DNA of 59,043 nucleotides, from contig JAQGDQ010000374.1 in assembly GCA_030141605.1 (NCBI GenBank), forward strand, positions 1 through 59,043, given 5' to 3'. This DNA is from Tubiluchus corallicola. Lineage: Eukaryota; Animalia; Priapulida. Position numbers and translations under genes: made by a program. How positions within the stretch are numbered: position 1 is the first letter of the stretch; every line of letters begins with the position of its first letter. Positions 12,242-24,170 of the stretch are shown in pieces. The notes under the pieces are model-generated. The model was not told the origin of the DNA and made no database searches. It saw only the letters and a program-made list of their open reading frames with translations.

Positions 12242-12444
12242 AGCTCTTAGTTAATGCATCTATTGTACGTCATGGTGCGTGTTAACTTTAAGTTTGATTT
12301 ACGCATATAATTGGACAAGCATTTACAATGCGAACAGTTAAAGCAGACATCCATATTACACATGTTAAACTTTTCTGTAATTTGCAGAATACACTGCAAG
12401 CTGTTGTACCCTTTTATTAACGATAAGCTTGATATTAATTGTTA

Positions 12445-12870
12445 ACTGTTGTTGTTGTTGTGATCATCGTCGTCGTTACTGCTGCTGTTGTTGAATAAAC
12501 ACATTATGAATGATATTGCCATTGTCGTTGCCACTGCTGCCGCTACTGCTACTGTTGTTGCTATTATTGTTGAGTAAATGCAGTATGAATGATACTGTTG
12601 TTTTCATTGTCGCTACCACTGTCACTGCTGATGCTGTTGCTATTGCTGCTGTTGCTATTGTTGTTGTTGAACAAATACAGTGATAATGATATTGTTGTTG
12701 TCGTTGTCCCTGCCACTGCCACTGCTGTTGCTATTACTGCTGCTGCTATTGTTGTTGTTGAACAAATACAGTGATGATGATATTGTTGTTGTCGTTGTCC
12801 CTGCCACTGCCACTGCTGTTGCTATTACTACTGCTGCTATTGTTGTTGTTGAATAAATACAGTATGAATG
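12445..12870. repeat. Degenerate GTT/GCT-rich minisatellite (about 5 units of 80-97 bp) at the duplication junction
   Basis: A motif like gaa(t/c)aaatacagt...atga recurs at ~12492, 12572, 12669, 12760, 12851, separated by trinucleotide runs. Confidence 0.8.
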
Positions 12871-14616
12871 AGTGCAGGAGCTTATACAATTTCGTATTTG
12901 ATTTTGTTTACACAGTTTGTTGTGTGTGTTGTGTGCTTCAGTGTATTACCATACATTTTCATTGTAGACATTTTTAGGTTGATGTATTACAGATGATTAT
13001 AATTTATTAACATCATAATCTGTGTATCATTAATGTATCGCTTATTAACTTTAACTTCTGCAATTTAACTTGCTTCTAACTAACTTACTGCAAGTCAATT
13101 AACATGTAATGATATTTTAATCACATTTATTTAGTTGACTGATTAGATTAGAGCTGCCAAAAGTCCTGAATGCATGTGAGAAATTGCACTACATACATAA
13201 AATTGCTCCATGTATTCGAATGTACCCATTTACAGCATTTGTTATTGCATATGTCTTTGGGACTCTTGTGTTTATTGCACATGCTTTTGGTGGCCCTACA
13301 TATGCAAGGAGACAGTTCACCCTCTGTAACGTAACAGTCTTTCCTCTTTTCGAAAAATATGCTCTCAGTTGTCACCTAGAAGAAGGGTCTTTTTACTTGG
13401 CTAATATTTCTGTACTCCACCTCAAATTGCTGTTTCACTACTAGGCACTATATTTCAGTTACTTTTTAACAGTTTAATGCTGGCAAAGTAATAGGTGACT
13501 GTTAGTTTGGCAGCTCACTCTTATTAACAAATAATTTCATATGCATGAATTTCTGTCATCGAGTCAGTGCAAAAAACTAGACAAGATGGTAGCTCCCTTT
13601 TGGAAAAGACCTAGATATTATGTTGACGATATTTATGAACCGTATCAGCCACGAACTTCACTGGAATTTCCACATTTATAACCATTCGTCTTGAAATCAT
13701 TGTTTGACAATTTGAGCATGAAATGCCTCATTTGTGATAAATTATCACAACTATTGCTGATTCTTGAGGAGTTTCAAATGTTCTGAACATAAAAAATAAA
13801 AACAACATTTAAGAAATACAGAATTGCTTTTCAGTATAGTACCTATATCTGCAGGTTATATAGCCAAATAATGGGACAGACTTTTGCTTTTAAAACTCCT
13901 ATATTGGAAAATAAGAACTTTTTATGATGCAGAGCCAAGGAAAGTCAAAGTCCAGTGTGGAAAGATAAATAATTTATGTACTTTAGTATGACCTACATTG
14001 GGTTCTGTGCAAATGTTCTTTGTCAGTACAATGTTGTCATTTGCACATAAAGAAACACTTGTTTTTGCTGTTTGCAAAAGTGTGCCACTATTTCTGTTGT
14101 CATAGTTTATTAAGAGCAGTTTTTGGCAGCTCACTCTTATTCACAAATAATTTTGTGGCCTTCAATTTTAAATGACGTTGTGCACACAATGCAGTTATGA
14201 AATTTTTACTGTTATACTGACCCTTACTAATGAAAAGTTTTTCCTCAGATAAGAAAATAGCAGAGAGAGTTAACATAAGTTTTTGTAAGTTCACAATTCT
14301 TTTCCACACAAAAGATAAATGGCCCATGATTATTTCATTTCTGTATCTGTAATGCAGTTCCTTGTATACATGTTCTAGTAGACTAGTGAAACCAGCAGTT
14401 ATTGGTGTATTTACAAAGCAGCACACAAAGGAATACTACACTTGCTGTCTTATTTATCTGTGTTATTGCTGGTAGCCTCTAGAATATTTTATAATGGATC
14501 GCACACATTTTACTTATGTAGCTGGAATGCTAATGCATGTTTGCTGTGCATGTGGAATCATTAGTGAGTTACTTAGGCTATTGCAATTTGTGAGTTGTTA
14601 GTTTTTAGTTGTGAGT

Positions 14617-15413
14617 TGTTCTAAATATGCTTGTTGTCACTGCTATTCTGAAATATAAAAAGTTGCAAACAACGTGGAATTGACTGTTGCTTAATTTGTC
14701 AGTGGGTGATTGATGCTTGTAGACGGCGTCTTGCACATGAATGTTATTTCTGCAAATAAGTACTTATTTATTGTGATGTTCTCACTTATTTGTGGTACAT
14801 GTTCAATCACAACCCTTATTGCGATCACAGCAGAACGTTATATTGCAATAGTACATCCATTTTTCCTTTCAAAAATACAATCTTTGCACATTGTTATTCT
14901 CATTACTATAACATGGATATGAGCAACATTTTTTGGATTGATTATTTTGTATGGGCAACGCATGACAAGTCGACTTGTTTACTTTCTTTTTACAATATGA
15001 CACATTCAATGCATTTCATTGCTTTTAACGTATATGCTATCAGAGCAATGTTGTTTGTTTTCATTGGCTATGCAAGAATTAAGTTAATTGCAAATCGTCA
15101 CCAAAGACAGATTAATCCAGTTTTGCAACAGAGTTTTCAGCCACTGCAAAACATCAAGTCTGCAAAGATAATGTTCGTCATTGCAGGGACGTTTGCAATT
15201 TGCTGGATGCCACTTAATGCAACAGGCATGTTTTTCATGTATGCCACGGACAGAAAAGAAAACTTCTCCGTGGAGCTTTTTTGCTATGCTATGGTTTTTA
15301 TTAACTCAATGACCAATCCATTGATATATGCTTGGACACACAAACATTTTAAACTAGGTTTTGCGCACATGTTGACATGTAAATCAGGGGAGCGAAATTT
15401 CAAATCCTTATGA
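14617..15413 (+). pseudogene. GPCR pseudogene, paralog of 11324-12241
   Basis: Start codon and most of TM1 deleted; TGG>TGA at ~14681 and 14920; 22-nt deletion at ~14710; 1-nt frameshift at ~14980; C-terminal half collinear with the intact copy. Confidence 0.92.
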
Positions 15414-16039
15414 AGATTTTAGATAATACTGCTATTGTATGTCACAGTGTTTGATTTACGCATATAATTGGACAAGCATTTACAATACGAACAGCTAAAG
15501 CAGATTACACATGTTAAAATTGCAACCATATCAGTTTGCCACAACAGTAACACAGCTCTTGAATTACAATAATGCTAAGTCGATGCTTGCAGCTTGTCAA
15601 TGTCTACTTATGTTTTATGTACAGTAAAAAGTAAATTTCCTCTCTCAACACACTTCAGCTTCAAGGTTGTCCAATTTTGTCAATGGATATTCCTGTTGGC
15701 AACATGTCCACTATTTCATGCGGTTCTTCCTTCCGTAAAATTAAATGACTGATGCCACCCAAGCTATGTGAGTGGACCACTTAATATATTACTTTTATTC
15801 CTGGAAAAGCTACTAATATAGTTAGTACTAATCTGTATATATTTACAATAAACAAAGCTAATAAAAATGAACCCACAATAGCAAATTAAAAAATAATATG
15901 AATTAAATAATAATAATGTGAGTCTTTTACAAGTTTCCTTATTCAGCTTTCATATATATAAAAAAATACTTTGCACTTTCACCAGAAAGATGGACAGTAC
16001 CATATTTAGCTTTTAGTCACTAGAAACGTCTGGTAACTT

Positions 16040-18808
16040 GAAGGTATCTATAGTTACTAATTCTGCCTTCTGTACCTTTTTCCAAATATATCAAGAAATT
16101 CTTAATAAACATGCACCACTTAAGACATTGTCAAGAACTGAAAAAGTAACTTTCTCCAAGCCATGGTTAACTAGAGGTATTCTTGTGTCAATAAAAACTA
16201 AAAGTAAATTATACAAGGACTGTAAGACTACAACTAGTATCTGAAAAATTAATCAATATAAACAATTTTCTAATAAACTTAATCATCTCATAAATTTAGC
16301 CGAAAGAAATTATTAATGTACTTTACTACATGATAATAAAACTAATATTAGAAAGACTTGGGCAACATTGAATGATTTGATCAATGGACAAAACAAGCAG
16401 CGCATAACTCCAACTAAACTAGTAATAAATCATGCTGAGATTACGGAACCCGCTGCTATCTGTGAATTCATGAACAATTATTTTGCATCGGTTGGTTCTG
16501 CTATGGTAAAAAAGTACCACCTACTCCAATAACATTTGATTCTTTCCTTAAAATGCCTAATCAGAACTCCTTCTTTTTTACGCCAATTATCGAGTATGAA
16601 GTTTCCTTTGCTATTGCTGCATTAAAAACCAATAAATCAGCAGGACCCGAAAACATCTCAAATCAGTTTTTTAAAATTTCACAGTCCATTATTACTCCAT
16701 TATTAACTATGCTGTTCAATAAATGTGTAGAAGAGGGTATCTATCCTGACGTGTTGAAAATTGCAAAAATCCCGATTTACAAATCTGATTCTCCCATTAA
16801 TCCCACTAATTATAGGCCAATATCTCTCTTATCTCCCATATCAAAGATTTTTGAAAAATTAATTTACTCTAAGCTAGCTAAATTTCTTTTAAAAGAACAA
16901 ATTTTAACTAAATTCCAATTTGGATTCAGAAAAAATCATTCTACATCTTTAGCTGTGTCAGAAATAATTGAAAACTTTCTTGCAAATATTGATAAGGGGA
17001 AAACTACTTGTGCTATATTTTTAGATTTATTGAAAGCATTCGACACGGTAAAACATGACATTTTGTTATGTAAGTTATCATACTATGGTATCAGGGGACG
17101 TCCTCTTGCGCTTTTCACGTCTTACCTTACTAATAGGAAACAGTTTACGTGTATTGACTCATCGGATTCTAAACTTGCTGATATAACCTGTGGTGTCCCA
17201 CAGGGTTCTACATTGGGGCCATTGTTATTTCTTTTATATATTAACGATCTGCCATCTTGTTCGCAATTTAACACCAGATTGTTTGTAGACGATACAAACT
17301 TATTTTTATCACACCAAAATATCAAAACATTAGAACATTCAGTAAATGTGGAACTGAACAATATTAATAAATGGATGCAAGCAAATAAGCTATCGATAAA
17401 TTATAAAAAAACAAAATATATGTTAATTGGAAACAAGCAACATAACAATAGTTTAAACATAAATATGGGAGGTTGTACTATTCAATCTACACAAGAAATC
17501 AGATATCTTGGTACATTTATAGATAATAGAATTACTTGGAAAACACATGTTCAGTATATAGTCAACAAAATTAGAAAATTAAGTGGAGTATTAGCTAGAA
17601 TACGACACTACATAAATGTAGATGCACTACGGCTCTTATATTCTTCTCTTGTCATGCCGTATCTGAGTTATGGCATTCTCGCCTGGGGTAGTGCTTCAGC
17701 ATCGGTCTTAAAATCATTGGTTTCTAAACAAAACAAGATTATCAAACTTATAACATTTACTAGCAAAAGGGAACATGTAACACCTTTGTATCTGCAACTA
17801 AATCTACTAAAAGTATATGATCTGTATAAATTAGAATTGCTCAAATTTGTACATAAATTCAAAAATAATTCACTTCCAGATCTCTTCAGCAATTATTATA
17901 CTTTAGCATGTCACATGCATCACCACTCTACTAGGTCTGCTACAACCCAATCTTATTTTATTGAAAGATTTAACTCATCTAAAGGCCAGAATTCTTTAAA
18001 ACACCAAGGATCTTTGCTGTGGAATTCATTACCAATCCAGTTAAAGTCAAGTAACTACAAAAAGTTAATTCTAAACTATAAAAAACAACTTATTGCAGGA
18101 TACAAATAAATGAGACATCTTGCTTATATACTTGTAATACTATACATATTTTTTTCATTGCTACGACACTTAAAGATTTTGTTTAAGTTTTTGTTATATT
18201 TTGATTTCATTTTGTCTGATTTACAGTTGAAATAGTTTTTCGATGGTTTAATTTATTATATTTTCTTTCTCGACAAATTCAGTCATTGATGTTATTATTA
18301 CAACATTTCAGTTTTGTTTTTTTCTTATTTGCTTCTGCTTCTTGTTTTGTTTTGTATGATTTATATTTGCCTTATTTTTCCTTGGTTTAATCTTTTATAT
18401 TTTTTTCTCGACAGCTTTGGTTGATCATTCTACTGTTTTTTGTTTTTTGCTGGATTTTTTAGTTTCTGTTATCTTAAAAATCTCAAGTTATTTTTATTGT
18501 GTTTGCTTCGCATGATTCACAGTATTTTAGAATTGTAAATCTTTCGTTATTTAAACTATATGTTCTACAGTATTACGATACCTATCATTTAATTGCCAAA
18601 TTAACACACATCAACCGAATACAAATTTAAATTGATAACGATGCGATAATTAAGTTTATTTAATCACAACTATTTAAGGGTGGCTGACTTGATAACCTAC
18701 GGGTTCTTCGCTGCCCTGCTCCTTTGCTTCAAAATATTGCATGTATTCTTTATACTGTATTTTTATCATTCTAACGGAGATAATAAATAAATTGAATTGA
18801 ATTGAATT
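16040..18808 (+). mobile_element. 5'-truncated CR1/L2-group LINE; RT ORF 16553-18109, long T-rich 3' UTR, (AATTG)n tail
   Basis: RT motifs NYRPISLLS, QFGFR, FLDLLKAFDTV, GVPQGSTLGPLLFLLYINDL, FVDD, YLG; upstream part broken by stops and frameshifts; ends aataaataaattgaattgaattgaatt. Confidence 0.92.
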
Positions 18809-20088
18809 ATGCAAAACTAAATTAACGAATGCATTTTACTTTACTGAATAGCGTTCCAAATTGAAATTTGCAAAACTCAGTTCTACTTGTCAGAAAGATT
18901 GTCAACTAGTTTACAGCTACGATTTCTTATCATTTTTATTAGTAGCAGCACTCTACACCATTAAAATTGTTGTTGAAACTGACGATAATGTAATTTGCCA
19001 CGCGGGTTTGTTTGCACATCGAACAACATCATTTTACCCATGATCCTGTGCGCTCAACGCGAAGTACGCAAAGTAGTCCTCACCCCGTGCTGACCCGCTG
19101 GTGTGGGGCGCCGAGTAACCGATTAGCCGAAGTAGGACACTTTCGGTAAAACGCTTAATTTGCGGAAAAGCAATGTCGCCCAAGTAGGGTACTAGCAATT
19201 CTGTCGAGAATAGAGATCTATGACATAATAAAACATAAATCAAAACTTGTTTTTCAAAAAAGTAACTTTATAATAATGATGGATAGTCCTTGACAATTTA
19301 CAAATGTATTTTTACAATAATATCATTATTATTAATTAATAATTATCATCATAACATTAAACTAAGTATCTAATGCTTTAAAGAAAGAAACTATGTAGGG
19401 CACATAACTCGCTAACCCGTTTGCTTAGTAGAAAACAATTTTTTGTCCAAGAGGGAGTGAAAAGGATCACCTGTCTGTGAAGCAAGACAAAATAAAAAAT
19501 GATATACCTTAAGCAAATGTTGGAATTGCCTAAAAAGTGCGCTTATTTCGCTTCAAAGAAGATTAATATTGGCAATAATATTCGTTTATTTTACCAGATG
19601 TATAATCAATTACTCAACCTGTATTGACGTTTTTAGTTATTATTACTACATAAACAAGGACAACAGCGGTGCACAATACACACACAACATGTCAGCTTAA
19701 AACTGACACCGATTCGAAAGCAAAAGTCTTAATAAAACTTAGTTTCAATTTAGATTTAATTTACATATTTGTCTCATTCCACATTACATTTAGTTTGACC
19801 GTACAGAATTTACTACAAGTGCATCAAGACTATTATGTTCCCAAGCTTATTTAATACACATCATTTCTTTTCTTTTTCCACACAAAAAACCACAGTAACA
19901 TAGTTCAACAGCTGCATGTAGGTCGATACACAAAAAGCTCAACTATGAATGCGAAACTCCAATTCAGCAACAAATATCAATTTCATACGTTCAGTATTTT
20001 ACAAAAAACTATTTTTTGTAAATGCATGTATTGTAAATGTGTTAAACACTCTGAACTGTCAGAAATGAAATGTAAAGTTTTATGCAAT

Positions 20089-20170
20089 TACAGTGTTTCC
20101 TCACTTATCGTGGGTATTTCGTTTCAGGCCAACCCGCGATAATTGATTTTCCGCGAAGTAGGGACGCTAT
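20089..20170. mobile_element. pogo/Tigger-like MITE terminal fragment
   Basis: ta|cagtgtttcctcacttatcgtggg resembles Tc1/pogo TIR ends; the partner end was not found. Confidence 0.4.
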
Positions 20171-20738
20171 ACTTATTTAATACTTACCCGTTCTAGGGCT
20201 TGAATAAATCAGTCTCTAATGAAAATTTCACAAACAGAAAACATCAAACTGCACAGATTTACGCAAAATAGCTATTTTATTGAAAACAGTAAAGAAGTTT
20301 CATAGCATCAGCTCAATGTGGTAACGTTACAGCTGGCTACAACAGGGAAGCCCAGATTGGGCAGAGGCTAACAGTTAATTAGTGATGCCTACGTCACAGG
20401 TAGGATGTAACCAAAATGACGTAAGAGAGTGTTGGCACAATTGAAGCCATAGTGCCCTTACACTATAACAAACCAATGAAAAGCCTCCCCCCAACTAGAC
20501 AAAGGATTGTGAGCAATGCTGGGGCTGACCCGGGTAAGGCAAACGGACGATAAAACCTAACAAAGTGAAACTAAAATGTATGGTACAATCTAGGTTCTAG
20601 TTTAGATAGGTGAAAACACCCCAGTGAGCCCACACGAGTTGTTACAAGGAAAAGAAATAATGGTTTGATGTGGTTCGATTAATATGTAAGAAATGCGGTT
20701 AAAAACTGATATCGTTCACTGCAAAACTACGCCACAAA

Positions 20739-20958
20739 CATAGATTTAGAATTTTAGATAGTGCTTTATCTAAATATATGGCCGGAAACGATGCTCAGAC
20801 AACTTCACAACAAAACAGCTTGAATGCGTTTTGCTTTGGGTGGCGTCATTTGAGCGTGGGATCTCATAACGAAGGCATTTGAACGAAGTATGGTTGTCTC
20901 ATGTAAATCCAATCTTTATCGTAACGATACTAATCATTTCATATCGTTTGCTGTAAGT
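20739..20958 (+). promoter_or_regulatory. Probable promoter and non-coding first exon upstream of the zinc-finger cluster
   Basis: CpG-richer patch; short inverted repeat catagatttaga/tctaaatatatg; ETS-like ccggaa at ~20782; donor ct|gtaagt at 20953, 1.5 kb before the acceptor at 22484. Confidence 0.4.
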
Positions 20959-22529
20959 TTTGAATATTTTTGTTTCACATTGTCTTAAATTCAGCAGCTT
21001 TTCTGGCGTCTTCGATACAATAGTTTACCGAATATTAGATCAATAATTTAACGACGAGCCGATCAGAACTTTTTTACTCAATAACTGACACCACTTTCGT
21101 TTACTGGTGACTGATCGGCTCGGCCCATCACTACTATTTATGAGTCTTCACCATAAATTGGGAGGTGCACAATTGCAAATTTTTGAGCTCTCTATAAACT
21201 GCCACAAACCACTGTTGACATCCGTAATGACAAGTACATTAGGCGCCGCTTAATAATTAATAGACTCACTTTGTGACCGAAGTGGTATGACCCAATTAAC
21301 AGATTGAACCTATTAACCGTTGGCTGTTGTATTACCGGTATAGAAGTATGAGTCATAGCATAGCTTAGCATGCACTGCAAGGGTTTTTAATGAATTTTAG
21401 AAGCGAAGTAATGCCTAAATTCTTTTGTGCAGTTAAAAATTAATAAAATATTAATTTATATAACTGAATTGCCAATAAATTAAAAAGTTTACCTTTCTGA
21501 ATCACAGACTTTTCTAAATGTGTTCATTTGCAAAAATTACAAAAATTCATTCAAAGTCGGCTCCTTCATTTCCTCATGAAGAAGTTCGCCCACAAAGTTC
21601 ACCTAATTATAAAAGCGTCGATGTGTTGTTGTGTATGACTAAAACAGTTCTGAATCATCTGTTCACTTGCATTGCTCTTATTTGCTGTACGATGTTTACT
21701 CTTATAAGTCACTAGGAATACCAGCTGATTACTGTACCTGCATCTTTGACTGTCAACTCATTAAGCCTGAAAGCGTAATTTGCAACAAGAGCATCAAAAG
21801 GAAACAAGTAATTTAATGTTTAACTTCCAGAAATTCTTTGGGTAACAGTGGGCGAGCGGGTAACAGATTCAAAGCAAAATCGCTAAGCTAGCGTATTAGT
21901 GCATGATAAACGTACCTGCTTATAAACAAAACGGTACTTAACATGATTGTTTCTCCATACATAGTGCACAAAAGGGAAGTAAATATGACATAAAAGTAGG
22001 AAAGGTTCTTTGGGTACATACAAATGTCTTATTTTAAGTATGTGAAGAGAAAAGATTGAGTGAATTATGCAGAGTTAATTGAGCCAATTACCTATAGTTT
22101 TTTATGTATATTTGAATAAAAATGGCCTGTTCCGGGCGTTTATGAGGCAATTAAGCGATTGAGTCTATTAATCGTGAGTCTATTCCGGCATTCAATTTCT
22201 TAGTATGTAAAAATTTGTGGCCCTAACTTAACAAAAGCACTAAAGCTACGAACTTGTAACTTTCACACCCAAAATGGAATCTATTGTAATACAACAATGT
22301 GAAATTTCGACTTTGCAGGAACTTGTTTGTAATATTATTGTAGCATCAACTTTGGCATCGGCACATTTTGTCTGCACCACTGGATGTAGGCCTACATTAG
22401 CGACCATTTATACATGGGCACGTAGCACCGTGTTGCTAATTATTATGCATTAATGTTGAGCTTGGGAATGTTTGTTTCTTGCAGATACGAAGTGAACTGT
22501 CTGTTAACTGATGCTTGTTCTCTTTTGAA

Positions 22530-24170
22530 ATGGAAGACCCCATTTTCTACTTCAAATGCATGTCATGTTCGGAGTGTTTTACGTCTGAAAAATTCTTCTT
22601 TGCGCACACTAGAAGACAGCATTGCAAGGTACTAGTGTGTGAAGGTCAGAATCCTGCTGGAAACGATGACATTTTAGGTAATCTGGACAATGAAGTACTT
22701 GGACAAGGAGAACTATGTAATTTTGATACGCAACAAGAGAATTATAAAAACTGTTTGAAGCAAATGACTAGCAGTCCAAGTCAAGAGGTGCATGATTCTA
22801 GGACTGATGATAATGCGTTATTACGTTCATCTGTTAATGAAAGCAAATTGGATGTGATAGGAATGATAACAAGTCCAGAAAATGAATGCAACATTGAAGA
22901 ATCAATTGAATTTCAGTGTGAAGTAAAACAGGAGGACTTGCTTAGTAGCTGTGATGATTATACACCATCAGTAACACAGTACTGCGATCCTGTTTCAGAA
23001 TCTGATCCGTATGCGGACGGAACTGTCACTCTCAGTCCAAGATCCAATATCATTGATGCAGAGCCCAAAGAAGCACTTGCAACGGGTGCTCTTAATAATG
23101 TTAGCTTGTATTTTGATAGTTCAGACAGCAAGGGCAGTATTGGTCAGCACGTGGGATTACATACAGAAGAAACGCCATATTTATGTGCTCAGTATGAAGA
23201 ACTCCACGGTGATGTTACTGCAGAAAATGTTGCAGAAAAATACTGTTCTGGCAGTGAGTTGAGCAGTTCTGCAACTGAAATTTATGGACCATTAAAGACA
23301 GCAGTTGTGGATTCAACAGGTAGGAAAGTTTACAGGTGTAGTTTGTGTTCCTATCGTTCTTCCTATATAAATAATGTAACGAGGCACATAAGAACGCATA
23401 CCGGCGAGAAACCATATTCCTGTCCTCGATGTGGAAGACCTTACAGTGATGTCAGTGCTTTAGCTAAACATAAGAAGATATGCCAGATTTCAGTACAAGA
23501 AAATTTTACGGAAAAGAAAAGAACCGACCCTTCCGGAAATGGCATGAGCATATGTGCAACAGAAATTGGTGGTACCACAAAAGCAGAACTTCTTGTGACT
23601 GATAATAAGATTTACAAGTGCAGTATGTGTTCGTATTACTCAGCTTACATACATAATGTGAAACGACACTTAAGAACGCATACGGGTGAGAAACCATATT
23701 CATGTCTCAAGTGTGGAAGGCGTTATAGTGACATGAGTGCACTTGCCAAACATAGAAAGACATGCCAAATTTCGTCACAAGAGAATTTTACGGAAAATTT
23801 CTCTTCTGGAACTGACTCGAGGAAGTTTGCAACAGAAACTTGTGTGACATCAACGGGAAAGTTTGTTAATTTTAATGATAACGAGATTTATAAGTGCAGT
23901 TTGTGTTCGTATCACTCATTGTATAGACATAATGTGAAGAATCATCTACGAGTACATACACGTGACAAATCATTTTCATGTCCTCATTGTGAAAGATGCT
24001 TCACTGACGTGAGTGCTTTGTCTAACCATAAAAAAATATGTCGAAGAGCTTCGCAGACAAAAATCAGCAAATACATGTCTGGTTGTGTGAATAGAAGCAA
24101 AGCAAAAGTTGGCGGGAGATCAAAGATAGTAATTAATAAGAAGTTCTACAAGTGTGGGTTTTGTTCTTAA
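22530..24170 (+). CDS. Zinc-finger protein ZF-A (546 aa): shared N-terminal Cys-rich finger plus three C2H2-C2HC doublets; a fourth is truncated by TAA
   Basis: Acceptor tttcttgcag ends at 22484; ATG at 22530 (GAAATGGAAGAC, homologous start in all paralogs); HTGEKPY linkers. Confidence 0.88.
   Translation: MEDPIFYFKCMSCSECFTSEKFFFAHTRRQHCKVLVCEGQNPAGNDDILGNLDNEVLGQGELCNFDTQQENYKNCLKQMTSSPSQEVHDSRTDDNALLRSSVNESKLDVIGMITSPENECNIEESIEFQCEVKQEDLLSSCDDYTPSVTQYCDPVSESDPYADGTVTLSPRSNIIDAEPKEALATGALNNVSLYFDSSDSKGSIGQHVGLHTEETPYLCAQYEELHGDVTAENVAEKYCSGSELSSSATEIYGPLKTAVVDSTGRKVYRCSLCSYRSSYINNVTRHIRTHTGEKPYSCPRCGRPYSDVSALAKHKKICQISVQENFTEKKRTDPSGNGMSICATEIGGTTKAELLVTDNKIYKCSMCSYYSAYIHNVKRHLRTHTGEKPYSCLKCGRRYSDMSALAKHRKTCQISSQENFTENFSSGTDSRKFATETCVTSTGKFVNFNDNEIYKCSLCSYHSLYRHNVKNHLRVHTRDKSFSCPHCERCFTDVSALSNHKKICRRASQTKISKYMSGCVNRSKAKVGGRSKIVINKKFYKCGFCS

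Larger units (their letters stand above)
9930..15520 (+). repeat. Tandem segmental duplication of the GPCR locus (copy A ~9930-12400, copy B ~12878-15520)
   Basis: Both copies start gcttatacaatttcgtatttg and stay collinear through the upstream region, GPCR and 3' flank (tttgatttacgcatataattggacaagcatttacaat). Confidence 0.92.

Noticed and set aside
12445-12870. Repeat-spacer pattern resembling a CRISPR array
   Set aside because: Eukaryotic context, degenerate repeats, low-complexity spacers and no cas genes; it is a minisatellite
19040-19410. GC-rich patch with repeated cgaagta motifs, related in reverse to ~33030-33072
   Set aside because: Probably transposon subterminal sequence, but no termini or TSD could be defined
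22509-22514. In-frame TGA-TGC 21 nt before the ATG, also at 38214-38219, as possible selenocysteine or readthrough
   Set aside because: Absent in ZF-C and ZF-D, no SECIS recognised, and shared descent of the 45-nt leader explains it
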